A stretch of DNA of 25,575 nucleotides from Candidatus Altiarchaeota archaeon (GCA_043800705.1 JAZDMS010000008.1:1-25575), one strand, 5' to 3'. Counted from the stretch's first letter, positions 16,537-25,196 are shown. Numbers and translations: made by a program. Notes: generated by a model from the sequence alone, not told the origin.

Positions 16537-18471
16537 ATGGCAGAGCCCGCAAAGAATCCTTCGACAACACAGCCTATTGAATTCACTGGCCAGAAGAAAC
16601 GCCTCCTGGATCGAATAAACGAGTCGGGAAGACTAACCCTGTCGGCTGCCACCGAAAACCTAAACCTCGACAAGACGATGACAATAAGGCTGGCAGAGGA
16701 ACTCTCCTGCGCCAACGCCATAAAGATCGAAGCCCACTACCTCAGGGAACCCGAATTCGAGTCCATCAACTACAAAGACATGAAGAATGAGGTCACCACC
16801 GGCACGGAAACGAAGGTTATCGAGATGCACACGCCGAAGACCACAAACTCGCGGGGCGTAATGACGGCCCCAAAAGAGACAGTCCTGCAGGCGAAGAGCC
16901 AAGAGGAACAGGACGCCGAGAAATTCCAGCAAAAAGCAAACCAACTACTCAAGGATATAATAAAACCCGAATCCGAAAGGGAGCAGAAACTCATAGACAA
17001 GTACGTACTCACCTCGGAAGACGTGCACTTCGAAGTGAAGATAATGGACACCGGCGACTTCGTCCCCCACTACCTCATCACCATGCCGAAAATCGACTTC
17101 GTCACGAGGGCACTCCTGGACGAAACCAAGCGGTCGCTAATCGGTGAGGTGAAGATCGAGACAAAGGACATCTTCGACACCAGCAAATTCACGAAACTCA
17201 GGGCGAAATTCCAAACCCGTGCAAAAGACAAGCTCAGGAACGTCCTGAAAAAATCCTCCGACGAATACGTCTCGACCCTTGCGAAGCTGCTCGTCAACGA
17301 GATGCTCGGCCTCGGAGACATGGAATACCTCCTCCTAGACGACAAGATCGAGGAGATAGTCGTAAACTCCAGCAGGGAACCGGTCTGGTGCTACCACAAA
17401 GGCAAGGGATGGATGAAAACCAACATCATCCTCCCCACCGAAGACATAATATCGAACTACGCCTCAAGGGTCGCAAGGGAGGTCGGCAGGGAGATAACCC
17501 ACCTGACGCCCCTCCTGGACGCCCACCTATCGACGGGAGACAGGGTAAACGCCACCCTGTTCCCGATATCCACCGCCGGAAACACCATGACCATAAGGCG
17601 GTTCTCGAGGACGCCCTGGAGCGCCATCCACCTCCTAGAGCCCAAGACAAGGACCCTCAACTCAGAGATTGCCGCATTCATATGGCTTGCGATAGAGTTC
17701 GAAAGCAGCATTGTCATCGCTGGCGGAACCGCATCCGGAAAGACTAGCATGCTGAACGCCGTCATGCCGTTCATGCCCGCAAACCAGAGGATAATCAGCA
17801 TCGAGGACACGAGGGAACTGAACCTCCCCGAATTCCTCCACTGGCTGCCCATGACCACAAGGCCCTCCAACCCCGAAGGCGACGGGGGCATAACCATGCT
17901 CAACCTGCTCCAGAACTCCCTGCGTATGCGCCCGGACAGGATCATCGTCGGAGAAGTCCGCGCCAAGCAGGAGGCGGAAGTCCTTTTCGAGGCCATGCAC
18001 ACCGGCCACAGCGTCTACGCCACATTCCACGCCGAAAGGGCCCAGGAGGTGGTGGACAGGATCACTAGCCCGCCTATGAGCATACCTGCGACAGTATTGA
18101 AATCGCTACACCTGATCATCATCCAGTACAGGAACAGGAGGACCGGCCAAAGAAGGTGCTTCGAGATCTGCGAGATAATCAAGGACGAATCAGAGCAGCC
18201 GACGCTCAACACGCTCTACAAATGGGAGCCAAGGACCGACTCCATAAACAGGATGTACCCAAGCATCAGGATAAAGGACGAACTGGCGCTTTTCACGGGA
18301 ATGTCCGAAAAGGAGATAGAGGAGAACATAAGCGACAAAAAGGCGATCCTGGAATGGATGCTTGCAGCCGGAATAAAAGACGTCAACAGTGTCGGAAGGA
18401 TCATAACCGAATATTACCTGGATAAATCCAAGATAATAAACATGGCGAAGAATAAAGGCACGTTAAAATAA
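16537..18471 (+). CDS. Type IV pilus assembly ATPase (archaeal PilB/ArlI; CpaF/TadA/VirB11-like) with an N-terminal wHTH extension
   Basis: GGTASGKTS (Walker A), ISIEDTREL (Asp box), LRMRPDRIIVGEVR (Walker B) and AMHTGH..ATFHA (His box). Confidence 0.96.
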   Translation: MAEPAKNPSTTQPIEFTGQKKRLLDRINESGRLTLSAATENLNLDKTMTIRLAEELSCANAIKIEAHYLREPEFESINYKDMKNEVTTGTETKVIEMHTPKTTNSRGVMTAPKETVLQAKSQEEQDAEKFQQKANQLLKDIIKPESEREQKLIDKYVLTSEDVHFEVKIMDTGDFVPHYLITMPKIDFVTRALLDETKRSLIGEVKIETKDIFDTSKFTKLRAKFQTRAKDKLRNVLKKSSDEYVSTLAKLLVNEMLGLGDMEYLLLDDKIEEIVVNSSREPVWCYHKGKGWMKTNIILPTEDIISNYASRVAREVGREITHLTPLLDAHLSTGDRVNATLFPISTAGNTMTIRRFSRTPWSAIHLLEPKTRTLNSEIAAFIWLAIEFESSIVIAGGTASGKTSMLNAVMPFMPANQRIISIEDTRELNLPEFLHWLPMTTRPSNPEGDGGITMLNLLQNSLRMRPDRIIVGEVRAKQEAEVLFEAMHTGHSVYATFHAERAQEVVDRITSPPMSIPATVLKSLHLIIIQYRNRRTGQRRCFEICEIIKDESEQPTLNTLYKWEPRTDSINRMYPSIRIKDELALFTGMSEKEIEENISDKKAILEWMLAAGIKDVNSVGRIITEYYLDKSKIINMAKNKGTLK

Positions 18472-18472
18472 A

Positions 18473-19339
18473 ATGCCATCAATGTTCGAATCCCCGATGG
18501 TGCTCAAGATGGCGGAACCGCTCGTAGAATACTCCAGCCACCTCGAGCCGCTCTTCCCCCACCTCGAATGGAACCTCAAACGTTCGGGATACGCCGTGGA
18601 GAGCGCCCAATACATCTCCGTCGTCCTGTACATGAGCGTGGTCGTCTTCTCCCTTGGCTTCTTCGTGGTCATCATCCCCTCAATCTACACTAATAGGTTG
18701 GAGGGAAGCTATGCAGCCATACTGTTTACCCTAATCGCGACGGTCCTGGCCATAGTATACATGCTCCTCATCCCGACGGTGAAGATGAACCGCAGGGGGC
18801 TGATGATAGACTACGACCTGGAGTTCATGCTCAAGGACATGCAGATTCAGCTATCCGCAGGAGTCCCCCTCTTCGACACGTTGGTCAACGTCGCCCGCGG
18901 GGAATACGGAGAATGCTCGAGGATATGCGAGGGCATAATACAGGAGGTCGAACAGGGCAAGTCGATAACCGACGTATTAGACGACGTCGGCATGTGGTCC
19001 CCCTCCGAATACTTCAGGAAAGCGCTCTGGCAGATAGTCAACGCGCTAAAATCAGGAAGCGACGTCTCAGATGCGCTGGAGGCCATATCGAACGACATAC
19101 GCCTCGAAAAGGAGAACAAGATCAAAGCCTACGGAAGGGAACTCAACCTCTACGGCCTCATATACCTCATGTGCGCCGTGATACTGCCGTCCATGGGGGT
19201 CACCCTACTAGTCATACTGTCCAGCTTCCTAGGCAAGGGAATCATAAACGAGACGACCTTCTACATCATCCTGTTCATTCTAATAGTGGGACAGACCATG
19301 TTCATAATGTTCGTGAAAAGCAAGAGGCCGACGATATGA
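18473..19339 (+). CDS. Type II secretion system F-family membrane platform protein (PilC/TadC/ArlJ-like)
   Basis: 2 TM, then LSAGVPLFDTL...YGE...SPSEYFRKALWQIVNALKSGSD, then C-terminal TMs; starts 1 bp after the ATPase stop. Confidence 0.92.
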   Translation: MPSMFESPMVLKMAEPLVEYSSHLEPLFPHLEWNLKRSGYAVESAQYISVVLYMSVVVFSLGFFVVIIPSIYTNRLEGSYAAILFTLIATVLAIVYMLLIPTVKMNRRGLMIDYDLEFMLKDMQIQLSAGVPLFDTLVNVARGEYGECSRICEGIIQEVEQGKSITDVLDDVGMWSPSEYFRKALWQIVNALKSGSDVSDALEAISNDIRLEKENKIKAYGRELNLYGLIYLMCAVILPSMGVTLLVILSSFLGKGIINETTFYIILFILIVGQTMFIMFVKSKRPTI

Positions 19340-19352
19340 AAAACGGCCTCTG

Positions 19353-19372
19353 CAAAAGGACGTTTATAAGAT
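19353..19372 (+). promoter_or_regulatory. Putative BRE/TATA promoter for the second platform gene
   Basis: AAAAGGACG-TTTATAAG at 19354-19370; the same GTTTATAAG occurs upstream of pilin 1. Confidence 0.45.
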
Positions 19373-19412
19373 ACAACGCAATCTTCGCATATGTTGTTGT
19401 GGGCCGTTTTGC

Positions 19413-20597
19413 ATGCATAAAATGGGTGAAAAAAACAGGTTAACCGGGGCGGGGGCTAGCGTGTTCGGGACATTAAGCGCCCTATCAACGCTTTTGTCGG
19501 ACGCCGCCATTGCCGCGGTAAAACTGGTGCTCTGGGCAGTCAACTACGTCCTCATAATCATCATACAGCTTTTTAAGACCTTTCAAAGTATCATCAAAAG
19601 GGTGATGAAGTTCATCCCGAAGATAGTCGCCAATTTCATGCCGAATAAGACGAGCAACAACATGAACCAGCAGCTTATCTACGCCGGAGTCGAAATGACC
19701 GCCGAGGAGGTGGTCGGCATCACTGTCGTATATAGCATCGTTGTGACGACCATTGCATACCTCACGTCGATCACCCTGAACGTGACACCCGCCACAACCA
19801 TGGTTGCGGTGGTAACCGCCTTTGGCCTCGTCTGGGTGCTCCCGTTCATAATAATTGGCATACTGATCACCAACAGGACGGACACCGTCGAAGAGACGCT
19901 GCCGGACGTCATGAGCATGGTGGCCCAGAACATGAAGGCGGGGATGACGTCCTACAACGCCCTGTGGAGCGCGGCACGCCCCGAGTTCGGCACCCTGGCG
20001 ATCGAGATACAGGATGTCGCCAAGGCCACGCTCACAGGCGTCCCACTGACCGACGCCCTGATAGGCATGACGAACCACGTGAGATCCAACAAGCTGCAGC
20101 GAAGCGTCCACCTCATAGTCCAGGGCATGAAATCCGGCGGAGACCTTCCCGCGGTTCTTCACGCAATAACCACCGACATGAGGAGGGAATATAACCTCAG
20201 GAAGCAGATGGCCGCCGAGACGAGCGCCCACTCCATATTCATCCTTTTCGCCATCATGATAGGGGCTCCGCTTCTGTTCTCGGTTTCGTTCCAGTTCGTC
20301 AGCATATTCTCGAACATGATGTTGAAGCTGAACGTCGCAGAGCTTGCCAAGAACGCCCCCCAGTCCGTGATCAGCATAAGCCCCCTCGCGATTACCCAGG
20401 ACTTCTTCCTCTACTACGCGATCGCGATACTGGCGATTTCGGGGTTCTTCGGAGCGCTCCTGGTCGGGACCTTGAAAAGCGGCAATCCTGTTGACGGGAT
20501 AGCGAGCATACCGGGATTCGTGATCATCCCGATAGTGATCTTCTTCGTGATGAAATTCCTGCTTGGGATGCTGTTTTCGAGCATGATAACGTTCTAG
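19413..20597 (+). CDS. Second type II secretion system F-family membrane platform protein (PilC/TadB/C-like)
   Basis: VEETLPDVMSMVAQNMKAGMT...ARPEFGTLA...GMKSGGDL; multiple TMs; start may be 19413 or 19422. Confidence 0.92.
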   Translation: MHKMGEKNRLTGAGASVFGTLSALSTLLSDAAIAAVKLVLWAVNYVLIIIIQLFKTFQSIIKRVMKFIPKIVANFMPNKTSNNMNQQLIYAGVEMTAEEVVGITVVYSIVVTTIAYLTSITLNVTPATTMVAVVTAFGLVWVLPFIIIGILITNRTDTVEETLPDVMSMVAQNMKAGMTSYNALWSAARPEFGTLAIEIQDVAKATLTGVPLTDALIGMTNHVRSNKLQRSVHLIVQGMKSGGDLPAVLHAITTDMRREYNLRKQMAAETSAHSIFILFAIMIGAPLLFSVSFQFVSIFSNMMLKLNVAELAKNAPQSVISISPLAITQDFFLYYAIAILAISGFFGALLVGTLKSGNPVDGIASIPGFVIIPIVIFFVMKFLLGMLFSSMITF

Positions 20598-21325
20598 CCG
20601 GCCTTGGCTAGAATCAGCCTCGCCGCGGATTGGACGTTTTCGCAAGACAACGGCGGCTCCGTCTTTGCGCCCATTATGCCGGCACACAGGTCGTCTACGT
20701 CCACGACGTCCACGGTCGGATTGATGAGCTCCAATTCCGCGTCGGGGTTCGTGAACGCTAGGAATCCGAAGACCCATATGTGGGGGGCTTTCCCGCCGAA
20801 TACAGCCTCCTGATTCATGAGGATGAAGTCCTTCAGCACTTTGGCGTTCCGCTTCACCTGGTTGCTGGGGCTTCCGATCTCCATTTTCTGGGACACCCCC
20901 CTGATGACCTTCGTCTTCTTCCATGTGTCGCCGTCGCAGGATATGCGCCCCCCGTAGTTCTTCGACTCGATGACGAAGAAGCCGCTTGGGCCGATTACTA
21001 TATGATCCGTGTCGCCCCGGTTCGGCGGCACGACGACGCCATTCAACAGGACATACGAGTCGGGAAGGCCCTTCAGAGCCTCGGTGACGGCCCGTTCACC
21101 GGCCGAACCCCCCTGCCACGCCAGGTAGCTGGAGTAGGAGTAAGCCCCGAGAGCATACGTCAACGGTATGATCAATAGGCCGATGCTGGAATACGGGAAG
21201 ACGTTCTGGGCGAAGAGTAGGATGGCGGACATCATCAGTGCGAGGAACAGCACGATCCGCCCCCTGACCAGCTGGATGTTCCGCCACACATACATCGTCT
21301 GGCCGTATCCGTTCAGCATCCTCAT
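20594..21325 (-). CDS. Membrane-anchored NERD (nuclease-related domain, PD-(D/E)xK) protein
   Basis: Two N-terminal TMs; GSAGERAV..AL..LP, GDTDHIVIGPSGFFVIESKNYGG and SPSNQVKRNA. Confidence 0.9.
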   Translation of the reverse strand: MRMLNGYGQTMYVWRNIQLVRGRIVLFLALMMSAILLFAQNVFPYSSIGLLIIPLTYALGAYSYSSYLAWQGGSAGERAVTEALKGLPDSYVLLNGVVVPPNRGDTDHIVIGPSGFFVIESKNYGGRISCDGDTWKKTKVIRGVSQKMEIGSPSNQVKRNAKVLKDFILMNQEAVFGGKAPHIWVFGFLAFTNPDAELELINPTVDVVDVDDLCAGIMGAKTEPPLSCENVQSAARLILAKAG

Positions 21326-21383
21326 GTTTTCCCCGGATTGCGCCCTTACTCCGACTCAGGCGCGAATAATTAAGGATTATCCC

Positions 21384-21452
21384 TATTTATAGGTTTATAA
21401 GCATTCCGGAGTAATAAAATAACAGCCATTTTAGGGCTATTTGAGGTGAAAA
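21384..21452 (+). promoter_or_regulatory. TATA box and ribosome-binding site of pilin 1
   Basis: TTTATAAG at 21394-21401; SD-like GAGGTGA at 21443-21449 before ATG 21455. Confidence 0.6.
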
Positions 21453-21454
21453 AC

Positions 21455-21997
21455 ATGTTTAGGAAAATGAGTAAGGGTCAGGGTGCCATGGAGTACTTGA
21501 TGACCTATGGATGGGCTATCCTAGTGGTTATGATAGTGGGGATAGTAATGTGGCAGCTTGGTATTTTCAACATAAACCAAGGCTCTACGACGGCGACAGG
21601 GTTCGCGAAGATAAAGCCGCAGCTGGCCGGTTCCAGTTTCACCGGCGCTACTCGTGCGACGAACTTCGTCTTCACGAACGGAGCCGGAGGGACCATCAGG
21701 GTACAGTCAGTAGCCATCGAAGACTTGGTCAATCCAGCAGGAGGAACAGCGGGGATATGCACAGGAGCATTATCAATACTGTCTAACAATGCTAGGCTGA
21801 TCGACGGAAACGCTGATGCGACGTCAGTAGTTGTCTCGCAGGGTGAGAACCTGAGGATCCAAGACACGCTCTGTATGGCAGCCGGAACAGTCGGCGAAAC
21901 CTACAACGCAAGGATCAGGATAAACTACGTGATCACCGTCGTAGGCCAGAGATCGACACACACCGAAACAGGCACGCTAAGGGGCCCAGTCGAATAG
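21455..21997 (+). CDS. Archaeal type IV pilin 1 (class III signal peptide), probable major pilin
   Basis: SKG|QGAMEYLMTYGWAILVVMIVGIVMWQLGIF (Q+1, E+5); strong SD, own promoter and terminator; start moved to ATG 21455. Confidence 0.9.
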   Translation: MFRKMSKGQGAMEYLMTYGWAILVVMIVGIVMWQLGIFNINQGSTTATGFAKIKPQLAGSSFTGATRATNFVFTNGAGGTIRVQSVAIEDLVNPAGGTAGICTGALSILSNNARLIDGNADATSVVVSQGENLRIQDTLCMAAGTVGETYNARIRINYVITVVGQRSTHTETGTLRGPVE

Positions 21998-22301
21998 ATC
22001 GACTCCCCTTAATTTTTTCTTTTTTTTAATCACCCCTCAGCTAAGGCTCCGCGTGAGGGACCGGTTTTAACGCCCCAAATCAATAAACTTATGCCCCAAA
22101 GGGACATATGAGGTAAAAAGAATGATCAGCAAAGTGAGTAGAGGCCAGGGTGCCATGGAGTACCTGATGACCTACGGATGGGCCATCCTGGTCGTCATGG
22201 TAGTCGGCATAGTCATGTGGCAGCTTGGCATATTCAACCTTAACCAAGGCTCTACGACGGCGACAGGGTTCGCGAAGATAAAGCCGCAGCTGGCCGGTTC
22301 C
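21575..22301 (+). repeat. 60-bp exact direct repeat shared by pilin 1 (21575-21634) and pilin 2 (22242-22301)
   Basis: AACCAAGGCTCTACGACGGCGACAGGGTTCGCGAAGATAAAGCCGCAGCTGGCCGGTTCC occurs in both genes. Confidence 0.9.
21978..22027 (+). terminator. Hairpin plus oligo-T terminator after pilin 1
   Basis: TAAGGGG(CCC)AGTCGA-ATAGA-TCGACT-CCCCTTA stem spanning the stop codon, then TTTTTTCTTTTTTTT (22013-22027). Confidence 0.7.
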
Positions 22302-22661
22302 GGCTTCGTCGGCTCAGGAGCCGTGACGAACTTCATATTCACGAACGGAGCCGGAGGCAGGGTCAGGATACAGTCAGTCGCCATGGAAGACATAGCCAAC
22401 CCGGGAGGAGGAACAGCCGCATGCACCGGTGGTGCCGCACTGCAATCGAACTCAGCGAGCCTAATCGACGGGAACGCCGACGCAGCATCAGTTGTCGTCG
22501 ACCAGGGCGAGAACCTCAGGATCTCAGACAACACCTGTTTGGCACCGGCAATCGCAGGCGAAGTCTACAACGCTAGGATCAGGATAAACTACGTAGTCAC
22601 CGTCGTAGGCCAGAGATCCGCACACACCGAAGCAGGCATATTAAGGGGCCCAGTAGAGTAA
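22122..22661 (+). CDS. Archaeal type IV pilin 2, tandem paralogue of pilin 1
   Basis: SRG|QGAMEYLMTYGWAILVV; about three-quarters identical to pilin 1 by manual alignment; GAGGT SD. Confidence 0.9.
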   Translation: MISKVSRGQGAMEYLMTYGWAILVVMVVGIVMWQLGIFNLNQGSTTATGFAKIKPQLAGSGFVGSGAVTNFIFTNGAGGRVRIQSVAMEDIANPGGGTAACTGGAALQSNSASLIDGNADAASVVVDQGENLRISDNTCLAPAIAGEVYNARIRINYVVTVVGQRSAHTEAGILRGPVE

Positions 22662-22710
22662 ACATCCCCTAGGCAGAGCTACGGGGCCGGGCCCGGAAGA
22701 CGGAAAGCCC

Positions 22711-24528
22711 TCAGGGCATCTGGTCGGACTTGAATGCGTCGATGGGGATCACCTTCTTGGCGCCGTAGGCAGTCGAAAGGTTCCGGAAGTATTCATTGAA
22801 CCAGGCGCTTCGGTTGTTCAGGTTCAGGAAATATACGGGGATGCCGCCTTTGACGTAGTAGTCGACCAGGTCGGATGTCACGGCTGGCTGATATTCTACC
22901 ACCAGGACCCTGACGCGCTTGGATGTCTTCGCCTTCAGGAACAATGTGGCATAAGGCTGCTCGTCGACGAAGACCGCCGAATCATCCGCGACCGCATCTG
23001 CCAGGGCGGCGAAAACCTGCACGCCGACCTCGCGCTTCGTGTTCACAATCGACCATTCCCCGTAGGAATGCGCCAAAGAGACGGCCAGACACAGAGCCAA
23101 AAGCAGACCCGCCAGGGAGCGAAGCCGACCAAATCTCAGATAGCACCAAGATGCCGCCAATAACGAGATCGAAAGCATTGCCGGGACCGACTGGACCAAA
23201 GGGTCAAGGGAGAATATGAGCAGTCCGTCGCGGAGGTAGACGGCGGCGACAAGCAAGAAGACCGCACCGAACAACGCCCATTCGACACGCGTAATGCCCT
23301 GAAAAATGCGCTCTGCCACCAACATGCTCAAGACGACGAGGAAGGGCGCGGATTCCATGAAATATCTCATGGAGTATGTCTCGTCCGCCCCCCCGTAACT
23401 GAAGGCAGCATAGTATGCGATTATGAGAAATGAGGCAAAAAAAAGCAGCATAAGGACCGGCTTCCGGTTGTCTTGCCGCAGGTAGAAAACCGACAAAGCC
23501 GACAGAATAAGGAACGGGCTGGACTGCAAAAGGGCCTTCTTATAGACCACCCACATGCCGGAGGGATGATAGGACAGGTCGAAAACGCTCGCAAGAAAAG
23601 ACTGGACATAATTCATGAGCGCATCAGAGTAGAACGCCAGGCCGAATAATCCGATAATGCATGCTACAATTGCGAGTGCCGGAATCCCCACCCGCTTCGT
23701 CGCATAGAGCCAATAGCAAGCCAGCGCCATGGCAGCCGCACCCAGATAGGCGGGCTTCGCAATCATAAGGAAATTCCCGTAACCCGTCTCGAACGCGTCC
23801 CCGAAGCATATGAGGTTTATCCAGAGGATCGCGATCACGGGGATAAGGAGGCCTGTCGCAAACATGGAGGCGCCCGCCCTGTCCCTTCGCACGATGAGGA
23901 GGGACAACATGGCGGCCGAGAATATGCCGTCCGTGAAACGGACCCCCAACGCCAATCCGCCTACCAGTCCCGAAATGAAATTTTCAAAGCCTCCTGCCTT
24001 CCCCCTCAGGACGTTACGTATGACCAGGTATACGCTGAGCACGACCAGCATCACAGAGAGCAGGTGCGGCAGGACATAGTTCGTGAATGGCAGGGATGGG
24101 GTCATGAGTGAGTACACGATTGCAGCAGCCTCGGACAGCCACTCGTCAAGGAAAAGCCTTGCCAGCAGGTAAACAAGGATTATCAATACAGAATACGATA
24201 AGACGTTCAAGAGGACGAGCCCCCTTAAGCCCCACATCCTGTAAAAAGGGAGGGAGATGACGGGATACAGCGGCGAAGGCACTCCAAAAAGCCGGTAGAC
24301 CTGTCCGTCGGATACAAGATGCGTCGAAGGCAGCACAAGCTGCCAGCTTTGCACCTCGTCCAGGCCGTTCCATATCTCGAATCCACCGGTTTCGGCAAAG
24401 GTATCCGCCATCAGGGTGTAAGCCACCTCATCTGATACCGTGGGAGCGGCGACCGAATATGTTAACGCCAGGGATAAGCCGAGAACCAGAGAGTACAATA
24501 CGATGAAGAGGCTGCTTTTTACATCCAC
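22711..24528 (-). CDS. GT-C fold polytopic glycosyltransferase (PMT/ArnT, GT39/GT83-like)
   Basis: SDEVAY acidic motif after TM1, PLYP.ISLPFY..WG, more than 10 TMs, RYF motif and a C-terminal soluble domain; GTG start. Confidence 0.8.
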   Translation of the reverse strand: MDVKSSLFIVLYSLVLGLSLALTYSVAAPTVSDEVAYTLMADTFAETGGFEIWNGLDEVQSWQLVLPSTHLVSDGQVYRLFGVPSPLYPVISLPFYRMWGLRGLVLLNVLSYSVLIILVYLLARLFLDEWLSEAAAIVYSLMTPSLPFTNYVLPHLLSVMLVVLSVYLVIRNVLRGKAGGFENFISGLVGGLALGVRFTDGIFSAAMLSLLIVRRDRAGASMFATGLLIPVIAILWINLICFGDAFETGYGNFLMIAKPAYLGAAAMALACYWLYATKRVGIPALAIVACIIGLFGLAFYSDALMNYVQSFLASVFDLSYHPSGMWVVYKKALLQSSPFLILSALSVFYLRQDNRKPVLMLLFFASFLIIAYYAAFSYGGADETYSMRYFMESAPFLVVLSMLVAERIFQGITRVEWALFGAVFLLVAAVYLRDGLLIFSLDPLVQSVPAMLSISLLAASWCYLRFGRLRSLAGLLLALCLAVSLAHSYGEWSIVNTKREVGVQVFAALADAVADDSAVFVDEQPYATLFLKAKTSKRVRVLVVEYQPAVTSDLVDYYVKGGIPVYFLNLNNRSAWFNEYFRNLSTAYGAKKVIPIDAFKSDQMP

Positions 24529-24569
24529 TTAAACACCATTCAAGCCGACTGCCAACACATAGGACCTGG

Positions 24570-24596
24570 TATTAATTAATCTAGGGTTAATTAATA
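24570..24596. promoter_or_regulatory. Palindromic AT-rich element in the divergent GT / pilin 3 gap
   Basis: TATTAATTAA-N7-TTAATTAATA, a perfect 10-bp inverted repeat ending 2 nt before ATG 24599. Confidence 0.55.
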
Positions 24597-24598
24597 AC

Positions 24599-25159
24599 AT
24601 GGGATTCTGCAGACGCGGCCAGTCATCGGTGGAATACATCGTAAACTACGGGTGGGCGATCCTGGTGATACTGGTCGTCGGCGCCGTCCTCTGGCAGCTT
24701 GGCATCCTGAATAACCAGAACACCTCGATGTCCTTCACCGGATTCGGAAAGCTGAAGCCGCAGCTTGCCGGGACCGGATTGTCCGCCGCTAACGGGGTGT
24801 TCGAAGGCTTGTTCATCAACGGCGTCGGCTCCAAGATATTCATAAAAGGAGTCACTATCACCGACGCCAACACCGGCGAACTCCTCTGCTGCTCGCATGC
24901 CACCTACACCCCCGAATGCGCGGCCGCAGGCGGGTCAAACGTCAACATCAACGGCGGCGTAAGCCCGGATCCAAGCGGCTACTTTCCGAGGATCAGCCCG
25001 GGCGATGCGTTCAGTGTCCACATCGAAGATTGCAGCATCGGAGGATCCCAGGGCGCAGACCCGTACAACATCGATGTCGAGTTAAGCTATGACGCCTTGA
25101 GCGGCAACCAGAAAGTGCCTCACGGCGACGCAGGCAGCATAAGGGGCAGCTTCGAATAG
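24599..25159 (+). CDS. Archaeal type IV pilin 3 (class III signal peptide)
   Basis: RRG|QSSVEYIVNYGWAILVILVVGAVLWQLGIL; shares GFxKxKPQLAG, NGxG and C-terminal GxxRGxxE with pilins 1 and 2. Confidence 0.88.
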   Translation: MGFCRRGQSSVEYIVNYGWAILVILVVGAVLWQLGILNNQNTSMSFTGFGKLKPQLAGTGLSAANGVFEGLFINGVGSKIFIKGVTITDANTGELLCCSHATYTPECAAAGGSNVNINGGVSPDPSGYFPRISPGDAFSVHIEDCSIGGSQGADPYNIDVELSYDALSGNQKVPHGDAGSIRGSFE

Positions 25160-25175
25160 GAAAGGGTATATAATC
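25160..25175 (+). promoter_or_regulatory. BRE/TATA promoter of pilin 4
   Basis: GAAAGGG-TATATAA about 25-30 nt upstream of ATG 25197, consistent with a leaderless transcript. Confidence 0.55.
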
Positions 25176-25196
25176 TTGCCGGGAGAATATTCAACC

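Noticed and set aside
16537-20597. Archaellum (arl/fla) operon
   Set aside because: No archaellin, ArlF/G or active ArlH is recognisable; two separate platform genes and QxxxE pilins indicate a pilus.
19485-20924. 479-aa minus-strand ORF
   Set aside because: Antisense shadow of the PilC-like gene, also overlapping the NERD gene out of frame; no motifs.
21455-22661. Pilin duplication as a DGR template/variable repeat pair
   Set aside because: In the N-terminal region compared base by base, differences are not adenine-specific (many T/C and G/C), both copies are intact genes, and no reverse transcriptase is present in the window.
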